Shown: positions 1-8,748 of the stretch, piece after piece
Position numbering within the stretch: the stretch's first letter is position 1
Layout: each line of letters begins with the position of its first letter
Source of the DNA: an uncultured delta proteobacterium
GTDB taxonomy: Bacteria > Desulfobacterota > Desulfomonilia > UBA1062
Reading direction: 5' to 3'
Assembly (NCBI GenBank): GCA_963798485.1
Contig: CAWCTR010000023.1
Span: 1 to 64,000 of the forward strand
Length of the DNA: 64,000 bases
Notes under the pieces: model-generated
Told to the model about the DNA's origin: nothing
Seen by the model: only the letters and a program-made list of their open reading frames with translations
Databases searched by the model: none
Position numbers and translations under genes: made by a program

Positions 1-21
1 CAGGATGCCATATAACCTCAT
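1..21 (-). CDS. N-terminus (MRLYGIL) of a gene running off the window, probably the ABC permease of the MacAB-like pump
   Basis: The ATG at 21-19 overlaps the TGA of the ABC ATPase (ATGA coupling). Product is inferred from operon context only. Confidence 0.4.
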
Positions 22-710
22 GGGGCATCTCCTGAGCTTTCTACAAGGCCATCCTTGATGCGGACGACCCGGCCGGCGTATTGCGCCACGCCGGGATCAT
101 GGGTGACGAGGATGATAGTGATGCCGTCGTCTTTGTTGAGCTGCTGGAACATCCGGAGTAATTCCTCGCTCGTGTGCGAGTCGAGGTTTCCGGTCGGCTC
201 GTCGGCCAGGAGCAGCTCGGGATGGTTGATCAGCGCCCTGGCGATTGCTACGCGCTGCTGTTCCCCCCCGGAGAGTTGGGACGGATGATGATCGCTCCTA
301 TCTGCCAGGCCGACCTTGCGGAGGAGCTCTAAAGCGCGCTCTTTCTTTTGGTGCTCGCTCAGGTTCTCCCTCGAATAGGTGAGCGGCATCAGGACGTTCT
401 CCAATGCACTGGTGCGCGGCAGCAGGTTGAAGTTTTGGAAAACGAAACCGATTATCCGATTTCGCAGCCGGGCCTGTTCCCTGTGGGTGAGGCCGGAGAT
501 CTCCCGGCCGTCCAGCAAGTATTCTCCTGAAGTCGGGTGATCGAGGCACCCGAGGATGTGCATCAGCGTGCTCTTTCCGGAGCCGCTGGCGCCCATCAAG
601 GCCGCCAGTTCGCCGCGGCTGATGCCAAGCGACACGCCCTTGAGCACCGGCAGGTCTACCTCGCCGAGATGGTAGGTCTTGCTAATGTCGTGCAGTTCGA
701 TTAGGTCCAT
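18..710 (-). CDS. ABC transporter ATP-binding protein (MacB/LolD-type)
   Basis: Walker A GASGSGKST, FVFQNFNLL, signature LSGGEQQRVAIARAL, Walker B LLLADEPTGNLD. Start moved to MDLIEL at 710 to avoid overlap with the upstream gene. Confidence 0.92.
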   Translation of the reverse strand: MDLIELHDISKTYHLGEVDLPVLKGVSLGISRGELAALMGASGSGKSTLMHILGCLDHPTSGEYLLDGREISGLTHREQARLRNRIIGFVFQNFNLLPRTSALENVLMPLTYSRENLSEHQKKERALELLRKVGLADRSDHHPSQLSGGEQQRVAIARALINHPELLLADEPTGNLDSHTSEELLRMFQQLNKDDGITIILVTHDPGVAQYAGRVVRIKDGLVESSGDAP

Positions 711-738
711 GGGTTTCGCCGCTCCATTACCGGCTTGT

Positions 739-2076
739 TTAGCGTTCACTGCCGGAAGCCGGGGCTCTCTGGCTTTGGCCCACAGACCGTCCACGGCCGA
801 TTTGAGGCGTGAAAGGATTGCGCTCCGCGCTCGGGGCCGCTTCGGCCTCCCGCCTCCCTTCGCCTACGACCACGCGCAGGCCCTCGGTCAAACCCTTGCC
901 CTCGACCTCGGTGGATGCGCCGTCCGTCAACCCCGTGTTCACGCGGATAGGTCGTACGAACTTGCCTTGCTCGATCCAGATGGTTCCACGCGCGCTGTTA
1001 ATGTCGGAGCCGTGGTCCCGGCGCCCGGATCTTTTACGAGTGTCCGGCGCGATCTGGCTGGGCCGAGGCGACCAACTAAGCGCAGCATTCGGGACCATAA
1101 GCACACCGTGCCGGCGGCCGACCTGGAATTGGGCGTTAGCCGTCTGATAAGGCAGGAGCTTGCCGTCTTCGTTGTCGGTATCGACCGCGACGGTATACGT
1201 GACGACATTTTGCGTCATCGTAGCGTTGAGTCGAACCTGGTCGACATGTCCATGAAACACCTTGTCGGGATATGCATCCACGGTGAATGTCACCTTCTGG
1301 CCTCTGGAAATGCTGCCGATGTCGGCTTCGTTGACCGACAACCACACCTGAATATGCTTAAGGTCGCTTGCTATGAGGAACAGGCTCGGCGCGCTCAGGC
1401 TGGATACGACGGTCTGACCGATGTTAACCCTCCGGTCAATAACCACACCATCGACCGGCGACTTGATGGTACAGTAATCGAGATTGATGCGCGCGGTGTG
1501 GAGGCCGGCCTTAGCCTGTGCCACAGCCGCCTTCGCCTGCTCCACGGCGGCGATGGCCGCCGCCAGGTTGGCCTTCGCAACCTCATAATTGGCTTGGTAC
1601 TGATCGTAGGCGCTCTGCGCCAATGCATCGGATGGCCCGAGCTTCTGTGCACGGTCCCAGTCCGCCTGGGCCTGCAGCAACTTCGCCTTCATCTGGAGCA
1701 CATTGGCACCGGCGCTGATCTTGTTGGCCTCGTTCTGCTGGAGTTGGGCCTTGGCGGTTTCCAGTGCAGTAGCATAAAGTGAATCGTCAATTCTCGCCAA
1801 TACCGTTCCTGCCTCCACCACCGAACCCCAGTCGATAGGTTTCCCGCGACTATCCTTGCCAAAGGAGCTAATCACTCCTGCAACCTGTGCGCCTATGTCC
1901 ACTGAGGCAACAGGCTCGATCGTGCCTGTTGCACCGATGGTGGTCACCAGATCCCCCCGCCTTACAGGGGCCGTATGGAACACCTGCCCCTTATCCCTTC
2001 CGGACCGGTACGACCACACGCCGGCAACGGCAAGCCCGACAACAACCAGAACTACGATTACTCCTGTTCGTCGCAT
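739..2076 (-). CDS. Efflux periplasmic adaptor subunit (MacA/HlyD-family membrane fusion protein)
   Basis: N-terminal TM anchor, VRRGDL..ATGTIEP..IGAQVAG, coiled-coil hairpin, IKSPVDGVV and VNEADIG motifs; lies upstream of the ABC ATPase. Confidence 0.9.
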   Translation of the reverse strand: MRRTGVIVVLVVVGLAVAGVWSYRSGRDKGQVFHTAPVRRGDLVTTIGATGTIEPVASVDIGAQVAGVISSFGKDSRGKPIDWGSVVEAGTVLARIDDSLYATALETAKAQLQQNEANKISAGANVLQMKAKLLQAQADWDRAQKLGPSDALAQSAYDQYQANYEVAKANLAAAIAAVEQAKAAVAQAKAGLHTARINLDYCTIKSPVDGVVIDRRVNIGQTVVSSLSAPSLFLIASDLKHIQVWLSVNEADIGSISRGQKVTFTVDAYPDKVFHGHVDQVRLNATMTQNVVTYTVAVDTDNEDGKLLPYQTANAQFQVGRRHGVLMVPNAALSWSPRPSQIAPDTRKRSGRRDHGSDINSARGTIWIEQGKFVRPIRVNTGLTDGASTEVEGKGLTEGLRVVVGEGRREAEAAPSAERNPFTPQIGRGRSVGQSQRAPASGSER

Positions 2077-2153
2077 AATTCTCTCCCGTTACGATTATGG
2101 GCGTATGGATGACCGTAATACAACACAATCCATGTGGTTTTCTCTATAGTGGT

Positions 2154-2185
2154 TTAAGACGTCTGGTATATCCGAAATGTCTACA
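2154..2185 (-). promoter_or_regulatory. Putative ECF-sigma promoter TGTAGAC-N17-CGTCTTAA facing the macA-like gene
   Basis: One of six copies of the motif in the window, all intergenic and oriented toward envelope loci. Confidence 0.7.
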
Positions 2186-2220
2186 GGGATTGATTACTAC
2201 TCCCTGTGTTGTTATACAGA

Positions 2221-2252
2221 TGTAGACAAATCCATCAGTCTGGACGTCTTAA
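2221..2252 (+). promoter_or_regulatory. Putative ECF-sigma promoter TGTAGAC-N17-CGTCTTAA facing the OM-protein/lpoB operon
   Basis: Exact motif match, divergent from the copy at 2154-2185. Confidence 0.7.
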
Positions 2253-2334
2253 TAACACAAAGTGGCTCGATTTCATCTCATGCCGGCTACGTTTGAATAG
2301 TTACAAGAGAAACGATCTCACAGGAGGAAAAGAT

Positions 2335-2817
2335 ATGAAGAAGGTTATTTCGATAACATTTGTCCTGATGGTTCTTCCTATGATTTCACATGGTGCCGGG
2401 TATGTCCTTGCAGATTACGGCGATGGCGGCAAGGTCCATGCGTCAAGCTATGGGCTTGAGCTGGGCGATATATTCCTTTCCCCCTACCATCCCAATGGCG
2501 GGGCTTTCAGCCTCGGGATCGGCGCAAGCATAGCCCAGACCGATGAGAGCATACCATCCTCTCCGACAAGAACCTATAACCATGGAAATGAGCAGGAGAT
2601 CTATGCCTCATTCGGCGCCGAGATAGTGCCCGCGTTCTTCGGTGTCGCCGGGATAGGGTATACCACCCAGGATGTCCGCAAACCCGACCTCACCTTAGAC
2701 ACGGACAACAATGTCACCTGGATGCTCGGCATGCGCTATGTGGTAAAGTCCTTCGATATGGGCTTAGGCTACGATTATCGACGCGGGATTACGGCAAGCC
2801 TTGGGGTGGCCTTCTGA
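2335..2817 (+). CDS. Putative small outer-membrane beta-barrel protein
   Basis: AGGAGG RBS before ATG 2335, signal peptide, alternating amphipathic strands, C-terminal ...LGVAF with terminal Phe. Confidence 0.65.
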   Translation: MKKVISITFVLMVLPMISHGAGYVLADYGDGGKVHASSYGLELGDIFLSPYHPNGGAFSLGIGASIAQTDESIPSSPTRTYNHGNEQEIYASFGAEIVPAFFGVAGIGYTTQDVRKPDLTLDTDNNVTWMLGMRYVVKSFDMGLGYDYRRGITASLGVAF

Positions 2818-2855
2818 AAAAAGCCCTTTATTATTTATTTGTCCACAGGTAAACA

Positions 2856-4310
2856 ATGGCCACGACCTCTGCGTCTATCTACTACTATTATAGAGTGTTG
2901 AAAGGGTATAGCTTGAGAACGTTTATCTTTGTACCCGTTTTTTCGTTGAGCCTCCTGATTGCATTATCCGGATGCTCGAGCCTCCAGAACTATACCAAGC
3001 ATTCGGCACAGGCACGGGCATCGATAGCGGCAGGCAATTTCAATGGGGCACTCGCTACCTTTCCCGAAACAGCGGCCACGGGAAAGGATGAGGTCCTGAT
3101 AAGATTAGAACGGGGAATGATCCTTCAGGATGCAGGCCTCTTCGAGCAGAGCTCACATGAATTCGAGCTCGCAGACAGAGAGATCAGGGACTATCAGGAC
3201 AGGGCTGTGATTTCAGCAAGCAAGACCGCTTCCGAGGTAGGTACCCTGATTCTCAACGAACAGGTCATGTCCTATGAGGGAGAAGACTTCGAGATCATTC
3301 TCCTCCATGCGCTGAATGCCATGAACTACCTTATGAGGGGAGATCTCGAAGGGGCGCGGGTGGAGGTCAGGAACTCTTATGAGAGCCAAGGGCAACTCTC
3401 TGCAAAACATGAAAAAGAGATGCAAAAGGCCCAAGAAGACTCACATTCCTCGGACTGGGAACGGTCCTTTGACAAGGCCGACTCTCAGGGATATGCGCAG
3501 CTCAAGGACAAGGCCTCTACGGTTGCAAGCCTTTATCAGGACGCATTTGCGTCCTATATCTCGGCCCTTGTCTATGAGCTGGGTGGTGAGAGCGACGATG
3601 CCTATATCGATCTCAAGAAGGCATATCAGGCTTACCCGTCATGCCGGAGTATCCAGAGGGACCTTGTACGCCTGAGCGGGAAGATAGGTTTCAGGGAGGA
3701 TCAAGGGCAATGGGAGAAGAAGTTCGGAAGGTTCAAGGCTGTCCCGAAAGACGCGGTGGATGTGTTCGTGGTTTTCAGCTACGGCCTGGCGCCTTATAAA
3801 GTACCGCTGAATATTCCCATTCCCATCTCCCGCGGGTTTACCTTTGCCTCGCTGCCGGTGTATAGATTCAGCCCGTCGGACATCTCCGGAGGACTGGTCA
3901 CGGCAGGTGGCCTGAACGAGGAGACATCAACGGTGTTTGATGTTGATGCCGTGGCAGCAAGGAACCTCCTGGATGATTACCCCATAATTTTTGTGAAACA
4001 GGTTGCGAGGTCATATATCAAGGCCAAGGCCACAAGCCAGTTGGAGCATAATTTTGGCGATGCAGGTGCGATCCTTGGCATATTTGCCTCGGCGATAACG
4101 GAGCAGGCCGACCTCAGGGCCTGGTTGAGCCTACCCAAGCAGATCCAGGTGGCAAGACTCTTTGTGCCCAGGTCTTCGCCGGATATCTCCATAAGAAACC
4201 TGCCATATGGAAGTTCATCTACTGTGCAGATACCAAAGGGGGCATCACACATAATCGTATACTGCAGGGCCACGGAAAACGGCCTAGCCATATATACGAA
4301 ATCATTCTAG
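2856..4310 (+). CDS. COG3014-like TPR lipoprotein (start uncertain)
   Basis: Lipobox ALSGC, YEGEDFE..LHALNAMNY and EQADLRAWLSLP motifs; typically found upstream of ycfL-lpoB. Confidence 0.75.
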   Translation: MATTSASIYYYYRVLKGYSLRTFIFVPVFSLSLLIALSGCSSLQNYTKHSAQARASIAAGNFNGALATFPETAATGKDEVLIRLERGMILQDAGLFEQSSHEFELADREIRDYQDRAVISASKTASEVGTLILNEQVMSYEGEDFEIILLHALNAMNYLMRGDLEGARVEVRNSYESQGQLSAKHEKEMQKAQEDSHSSDWERSFDKADSQGYAQLKDKASTVASLYQDAFASYISALVYELGGESDDAYIDLKKAYQAYPSCRSIQRDLVRLSGKIGFREDQGQWEKKFGRFKAVPKDAVDVFVVFSYGLAPYKVPLNIPIPISRGFTFASLPVYRFSPSDISGGLVTAGGLNEETSTVFDVDAVAARNLLDDYPIIFVKQVARSYIKAKATSQLEHNFGDAGAILGIFASAITEQADLRAWLSLPKQIQVARLFVPRSSPDISIRNLPYGSSSTVQIPKGASHIIVYCRATENGLAIYTKSF

Positions 4311-4325
4311 ACAAGGAGGAACTCT

Positions 4326-4757
4326 ATGAGAAAAATAGGCGGATCTTTATTAATACTGACCTTATTCATGGTTGCCTGTGCGGGGACGGCCCCAAATATC
4401 CTCCACGTTCAGGCAGGCCCCATGGGTGTGAGTGCCAAACAGGTGGAGATCAACGATAAATTTCTTGAAAGAACAATGAGCTTCGGCGATGTGAGCATCA
4501 AGCCGCTTGATGGTGCAAACTCCTTTGAGGCCCAGGTGATGCTGAAAAATGAGAGCGACCGGGACTTGTCCTTCGAGTATCGCTTTATCTGGCATGATGC
4601 ACGAGGGTATGAGATCTCTGGTGTGACCTCATGGATACCTGCCGCGCTCGGGGGCAGAGAGTCAAAAGGGTTTCGCTCGGCCTCACCCGGTCCCAATGCG
4701 GCAGGGTTTAAACTTATGGTGCGTAACCCCCATCCTGTAACGGACACGGGGTCATAA
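4326..4757 (+). CDS. YcfL/DUF1425-family lipoprotein
   Basis: Lipobox MVAC, FEYRFIWHDARG motif, position before lpoB. Confidence 0.8.
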   Translation: MRKIGGSLLILTLFMVACAGTAPNILHVQAGPMGVSAKQVEINDKFLERTMSFGDVSIKPLDGANSFEAQVMLKNESDRDLSFEYRFIWHDARGYEISGVTSWIPAALGGRESKGFRSASPGPNAAGFKLMVRNPHPVTDTGS

Positions 4758-4782
4758 GAGACGAACAGGAGGAAAAAGAGAT

Positions 4783-5379
4783 ATGAAGAGATACATACTT
4801 TTCTTGAGTATTATTGCGCTGGTGTTGCTCACCTGGGGTTGCGCCAGCACGCCGGAGGTGACCTACGGCAACCCGGATCAGGTGGAGACGGTGAGCGCGG
4901 ATTTCGGCTCTACGGACCTGCAGATGATCGCCGAGAAGATGGTGAACTCATTGCTGGCAAGCCCGGTGCTTTCTTCCGGCAACCGGCCGGTGCTCTATGT
5001 ACAGCATGTTCGGAACAAGACGGATGAGCACATCGACACCGAATCCGTAACGGATAAAATAAAGGTGACATTGCTCAAGTCAGGCAAGGTCAGGTTTTCC
5101 GCCATCGGAGATGTGAAGGACGAGCTTGTTAACCAGCTCGAGTTCCAGGCAGGATCAGGTATGGTCAATCCCAAGACTGCAAAGTCCATCGGTAAGCTGG
5201 TCGGCGCCGACTATTTCCTCTATGGCGAGCTCGCCTCCATCAAGAAATCTGCCGGCCGGGTCAAGGATGTCTATTTCAAGTTTACCCTCAACCTGGTGAA
5301 TATCCAGACCGGCCTCATCGAATGGGCCGATGAAAAGGAGATCAGGAAACAGGCCGAGAAGCCTCTTTTGGGCGGCTGA
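4783..5379 (+). CDS. lpoB: Penicillin-binding protein activator LpoB-family lipoprotein
   Basis: Lipobox TWGC; FGSTDLQ, VRNKTDEHID, GKLVGADY and TGLIEWADEKEIRK motifs. Confidence 0.85.
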   Translation: MKRYILFLSIIALVLLTWGCASTPEVTYGNPDQVETVSADFGSTDLQMIAEKMVNSLLASPVLSSGNRPVLYVQHVRNKTDEHIDTESVTDKIKVTLLKSGKVRFSAIGDVKDELVNQLEFQAGSGMVNPKTAKSIGKLVGADYFLYGELASIKKSAGRVKDVYFKFTLNLVNIQTGLIEWADEKEIRKQAEKPLLGG

Positions 5380-5696
5380 GCCCTCCTTTAAGAATCTTCG
5401 GCCCATCAAACTCGATGATGAAGTTACACATAACTTCAATGGGAAAACTGTATCCACATGAAGGAGATAAAGATAACATCTGCATCGGCAAAGCAGGTTT
5501 GCCTTGATTCCACGAACATGAAACGGAAAGAAGGCTTTGGCGATCCTTAGATATACAGGAGGAGGGGTTCCCCCTTTCTGCCCGGACATGCCTGTATCCT
5601 GTCCATTGCAGGAAAAGAGGAAGACCCCTAAGGTGCAGATCAAAATTGCAACCCTCTTCACCCTCCATTCACTCCTTAATTGTTACCGTGCTGATC

Positions 5697-6080
5697 TTAT
5701 TCTGCAGGCTTCGCTGCCGGCGTCTCTTCTGCTTTCTTCTCTTCCATCTTAGCCGCCTTCTTCATAGCTTTCTTTCCCTTCATAACCTTGATCTTGTCAG
5801 CATTCATGGTGCCGGCAGCCAGGGTAACCTTAACCCACGCGCCCTTTTTCAGGTTAGCCATGTCTTCTGCCTTCACGGTGATGGTTTTGTCCTTTACAAC
5901 GATCGTGTTCGCTGCCATGTCGATCTTGGAGATCTTGCCCTTGATTACTTCGGCCTTTACTGCCTCAGCCTTTGCAGGCTCTGCTTTTGCTGCTGCGGGT
6001 GCTGCTGCGTCGGCTGCGAAGACCATCGAGGTGAAGCATACCAGTGCCAGTACTGCGATTAAGCTGATAACTTTTTTCAT
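5697..6080 (-). CDS. Secreted Ala/Lys-rich hypothetical protein with a small OB-like core
   Basis: GGAGG RBS, signal peptide ending VFA, KAE repeats, KGKISKID..IVVKDK..LKKGAWVKV. Confidence 0.8.
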   Translation of the reverse strand: MKKVISLIAVLALVCFTSMVFAADAAAPAAAKAEPAKAEAVKAEVIKGKISKIDMAANTIVVKDKTITVKAEDMANLKKGAWVKVTLAAGTMNADKIKVMKGKKAMKKAAKMEEKKAEETPAAKPAE

Positions 6081-6288
6081 GGTACATCCCTCCTGAGATT
6101 TTTTATTGACGTTTCTCCTATACGCCGGCGATGGTTAAACAATGATTAAAATATAATTAGAATATTCTAATTATACACAGGTGAAAGATAAGAAACTGGT
6201 GAAACAAGGGCTTTCTAAGGCCCGGCACCGATTTATTGATAGCGCTTCGTTGCTGGATCTCATCGGAATCCACCTCTAGTCCATGACC

Positions 6289-6342
6289 TTTACAAAGATT
6301 AACAATCTTCCTGTAAACGAAATAGTACCCAATACGTCTTAA
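6289..6342 (+). promoter_or_regulatory. CpxR-type box (TTTAC-N5-TTAAC), 8 bp gap, then ECF-type promoter TGTAAAC-N16-CGTCTTAA
   Basis: Same architecture as at 11906-11960 and 18916-18969. Confidence 0.7.
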
Positions 6343-6376
6343 CAAGCAGCACGGGAAGAAACCTAAAGGGGGAAAT

Positions 6377-6481
6377 ATGAAAAAAACCCTAAAGGAAGAA
6401 TGGGATAACAAAAAATGAAAAAGAGACACGGCAAGGCAGGCCATGGATCATGGAGTAACGAGCAATAGTAAGACGGATCTC
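6377..6481 (+). pseudogene. Collapsed remnant of a cpxP-like gene
   Basis: 6415-6468 encodes MKKRHGKAGHGSWSNEQ, matching the C-terminus MKKNRHHKAGHGGWSKK of 18382..18882. DNA similarity continues past the stop (TAAGACGGATCTC vs TAAGACCGATCTC). Confidence 0.7.
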
Positions 6482-6511
6482 ACAATAGAAAGATCGTGAA
6501 TAACCACACAC

Positions 6512-6588
6512 AATGACTACCTCCATAAGTAACCTATACCTCCTAATTACCTCCCTCTTGGGGAGCTGCAACAGCTCCCCGATTTTTT
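6512..6588 (+). ncRNA. Candidate small RNA, copy 1 (three ACCUCC motifs plus intrinsic terminator); 5' end uncertain
   Basis: Conserved with 11978-12055; 9-bp stem GGGGAGCTG/CAGCTCCCC at 6560-6580 followed by GA-T6. Confidence 0.5.
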
Positions 6589-6628
6589 CAAAAGAAGCGG
6601 GAGCCATGTCAGCTTAACCTACATTCGT

Positions 6629-6871
6629 ACTGAGGAGGCACAAGATCCATGAAGAATCTAAAAACCGGTGATTGGCTGTTGATTGCCGGCGAAGCAGGGT
6701 TGTTCTTCATCGTCACCATAGTCGTATGGCTTGATGAATTCATGGATTTGCCAGCCCGTTTCCTCGGGGCTACACCGAAACCCTTCAGGCCTCAGGAATA
6801 CCTCGTGGAGGCTGTCTCGATTCTCATTGTTGCAGTAGTCGCTATCACTATAACTTTTATCTCACTGCGGA
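6629..6871 (+). repeat. Duplicated segment (RBS plus first ~74 codons), copy 1
   Basis: 8 nucleotide differences over the ~223-nt coding part versus 12262-12484, counted by eye. Confidence 0.95.
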
Positions 6872-8679
6872 TATCCAGGCTGTTGCAGAAGACGATTACG
6901 ACAAGGGAACTGGAGATAAACCGACTTCGCGCCTTTGCCAAGAACACGAGTATAACGCTTCAAGGCCGGGGGCTTTCCCCCGGAATGGTGGAAGGAGTGG
7001 CGCTTGTCTACCAGTCGCCGGAAAGCGAATTAATCTCCGGGGGCCAGGCCATTGCACGTAATGATGTAAAGCCTGAGATCGACCGGCTCGACGGTGCCTT
7101 GGCGGCAGCGATCTACGAGTTGGACAACACTCAGAAACAGTACGCAGGTGACATGGCAGCTGCGGAGAGTTCTTTGCTGGACGCGCACCTGGCCATGCTC
7201 AAGGACGTCGAGTTTTGGGACAAGTGCAGGCAGCGCGTCCGTGAGGACCTGGTCAAGGTCGAGCAGGCGGTTGCGGAAGAGGTCCGGGGGCTGGCAACGA
7301 TGCTGGAGGGATTGAAGCAGGAGATCATGCGGGAGCACAGCGCCGACATCCGTGATATAGGCCGTCGGGTCTTACGGAATATCAGGAACTTCGGTGAGGT
7401 GTTGCCAAACCAACTGGTGTCTCTCCCGCCAAACACGATTCTCGTCGCAAAGGAGCTCTTGCCGTCGGATTTACTGCAAATGGATCGTACAAATCTAGCA
7501 GCCTTGGTTACGGAGCGCAACGGTCCTGCCTCACATGTCGCAATCCTGGCGCGGACCAGAAACGTTCCTGCGGTCAGCGATATCAAAGATGCCGCCACGC
7601 TGCTGGCGACCGGTGACCGTTTGCTGGTGGATGCGGAGGCCGGCACCGTCACGGTGGCGCCGACCAAAGCGCAGACGGCGCGCTTCGCAGCGCGTAGGAG
7701 TCAATATACCACGCTTGAGCCCGCCGTGGCACAGGGACCTGCCCAGAAATGTGCCACGAAGGATGGTGTCCGTATCGGGTTATTTGCGAATATCAGCAGA
7801 ACAGATGAGGCGCACCTGGTTCAAGAGTATGGGCTGGATGGTGTGGGCCTGTTCCGGTCCGAGTTTCTCTTTCTCGATGTCGGGCAGCCGCCGGACTTGG
7901 AAACGCAGCTTGCGGCCTATTCTGCGGTGGCGAAAATACTCGATCCGCGCCCTATCGTTATCCGTACTATGGATCTTGGTGGGGATAAGATCCCGTGTTT
8001 CAATCGCAGTGAAAACGACCTGGCCTTGCGGACGGGCAAACGTGGCTTGGCGTTTTCCCTGACCGAAAAGACGATGTTTCGCACCCAACTTCAAGCGATC
8101 CTCCGAGCCGCGCAAGGGGGCGATGTGCGGATCATGTTTCCCATGGTAATGGGTGTGGCGGACCTGAAAGAGGCATGCAATATGGTTGACGAGGTGGTCG
8201 AAACTGAACAACTCGCCAAGCGCCCTTCCATTGGGGCCATGATCGAGACCCCCGCCGCAGTGTTTGATATACATGAGATCGTGAAGGTCGTGGATTTTGT
8301 ATCCATCGGGACCAACGATCTCGCCCACTTCATACTGGCTATGGACCGCCAATCACAAGAATCTTCCGGCGTGCTTTCGTTCTTGCATCCATGTGTGCTG
8401 CGGGCAACGGAGCAGGTGGTACGTGCTGCCCTGAATCAGGGGGTGGGCCTAACCGTGTGCGGAGAAGCGGCAGGTAATCCGGTTACTGCTTGCCTGTTGG
8501 TGGGGATGGGTGTCAGGGATCTCAGCATGAACCCGTTTTATGCCGCGCGCGTATGCCGCGTTTTACAGCAGTTGAATCTCGAACAGATGGAAGTCGCCGT
8601 TAGGGATGCCTTAAGCGTCACAACTCCGGAGGACGTCCGGCAGATCGTTGCATCGGTACTTCGCGGAACAGAAGAGTAA
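6649..8679 (+). CDS. Phosphoenolpyruvate-protein phosphotransferase (PTS enzyme I family) with a fused N-terminal two-TM domain
   Basis: Phospho-His motif GPASHVAILAR; GVGLFRSEFLF, IRTMDLGGDK, MIETPAA, SIGTNDL and VCGEAAG motifs. First ~74 aa are shared with 12262..12735. Confidence 0.92.
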   Translation: MKNLKTGDWLLIAGEAGLFFIVTIVVWLDEFMDLPARFLGATPKPFRPQEYLVEAVSILIVAVVAITITFISLRISRLLQKTITTRELEINRLRAFAKNTSITLQGRGLSPGMVEGVALVYQSPESELISGGQAIARNDVKPEIDRLDGALAAAIYELDNTQKQYAGDMAAAESSLLDAHLAMLKDVEFWDKCRQRVREDLVKVEQAVAEEVRGLATMLEGLKQEIMREHSADIRDIGRRVLRNIRNFGEVLPNQLVSLPPNTILVAKELLPSDLLQMDRTNLAALVTERNGPASHVAILARTRNVPAVSDIKDAATLLATGDRLLVDAEAGTVTVAPTKAQTARFAARRSQYTTLEPAVAQGPAQKCATKDGVRIGLFANISRTDEAHLVQEYGLDGVGLFRSEFLFLDVGQPPDLETQLAAYSAVAKILDPRPIVIRTMDLGGDKIPCFNRSENDLALRTGKRGLAFSLTEKTMFRTQLQAILRAAQGGDVRIMFPMVMGVADLKEACNMVDEVVETEQLAKRPSIGAMIETPAAVFDIHEIVKVVDFVSIGTNDLAHFILAMDRQSQESSGVLSFLHPCVLRATEQVVRAALNQGVGLTVCGEAAGNPVTACLLVGMGVRDLSMNPFYAARVCRVLQQLNLEQMEVAVRDALSVTTPEDVRQIVASVLRGTEE

Positions 8680-8748
8680 ATCTCCTAAGACCAACTTTTC
8701 GTAACCATTAAGGTTCGTCTAAACTGATTTCGTAAGGCGAATCCTTTG

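Noticed and set aside
679-1782. 367-aa plus-strand ORF
   Set aside because: Antisense shadow of the macA-like gene in GC-rich DNA, with no motifs. The same applies to most other overlapping ORFs in the track.
6104-6141. CGTCAA upstream of 5697..6080 as a seventh ECF promoter
   Set aside because: The -10 deviates from CGTCTTAA and there is no TGTARAC at 16-17 bp.
6517-6556. Minus-strand GGAGG repeats as a CsrB/Rsm-type sponge or as RBSs for ORFs 6389..6607 and 11957..12169
   Set aside because: Promoter orientation, T-tract position and G-U-compatible stem changes all favour a plus-strand transcript. The shared peptide is a by-product of the DNA repeat.
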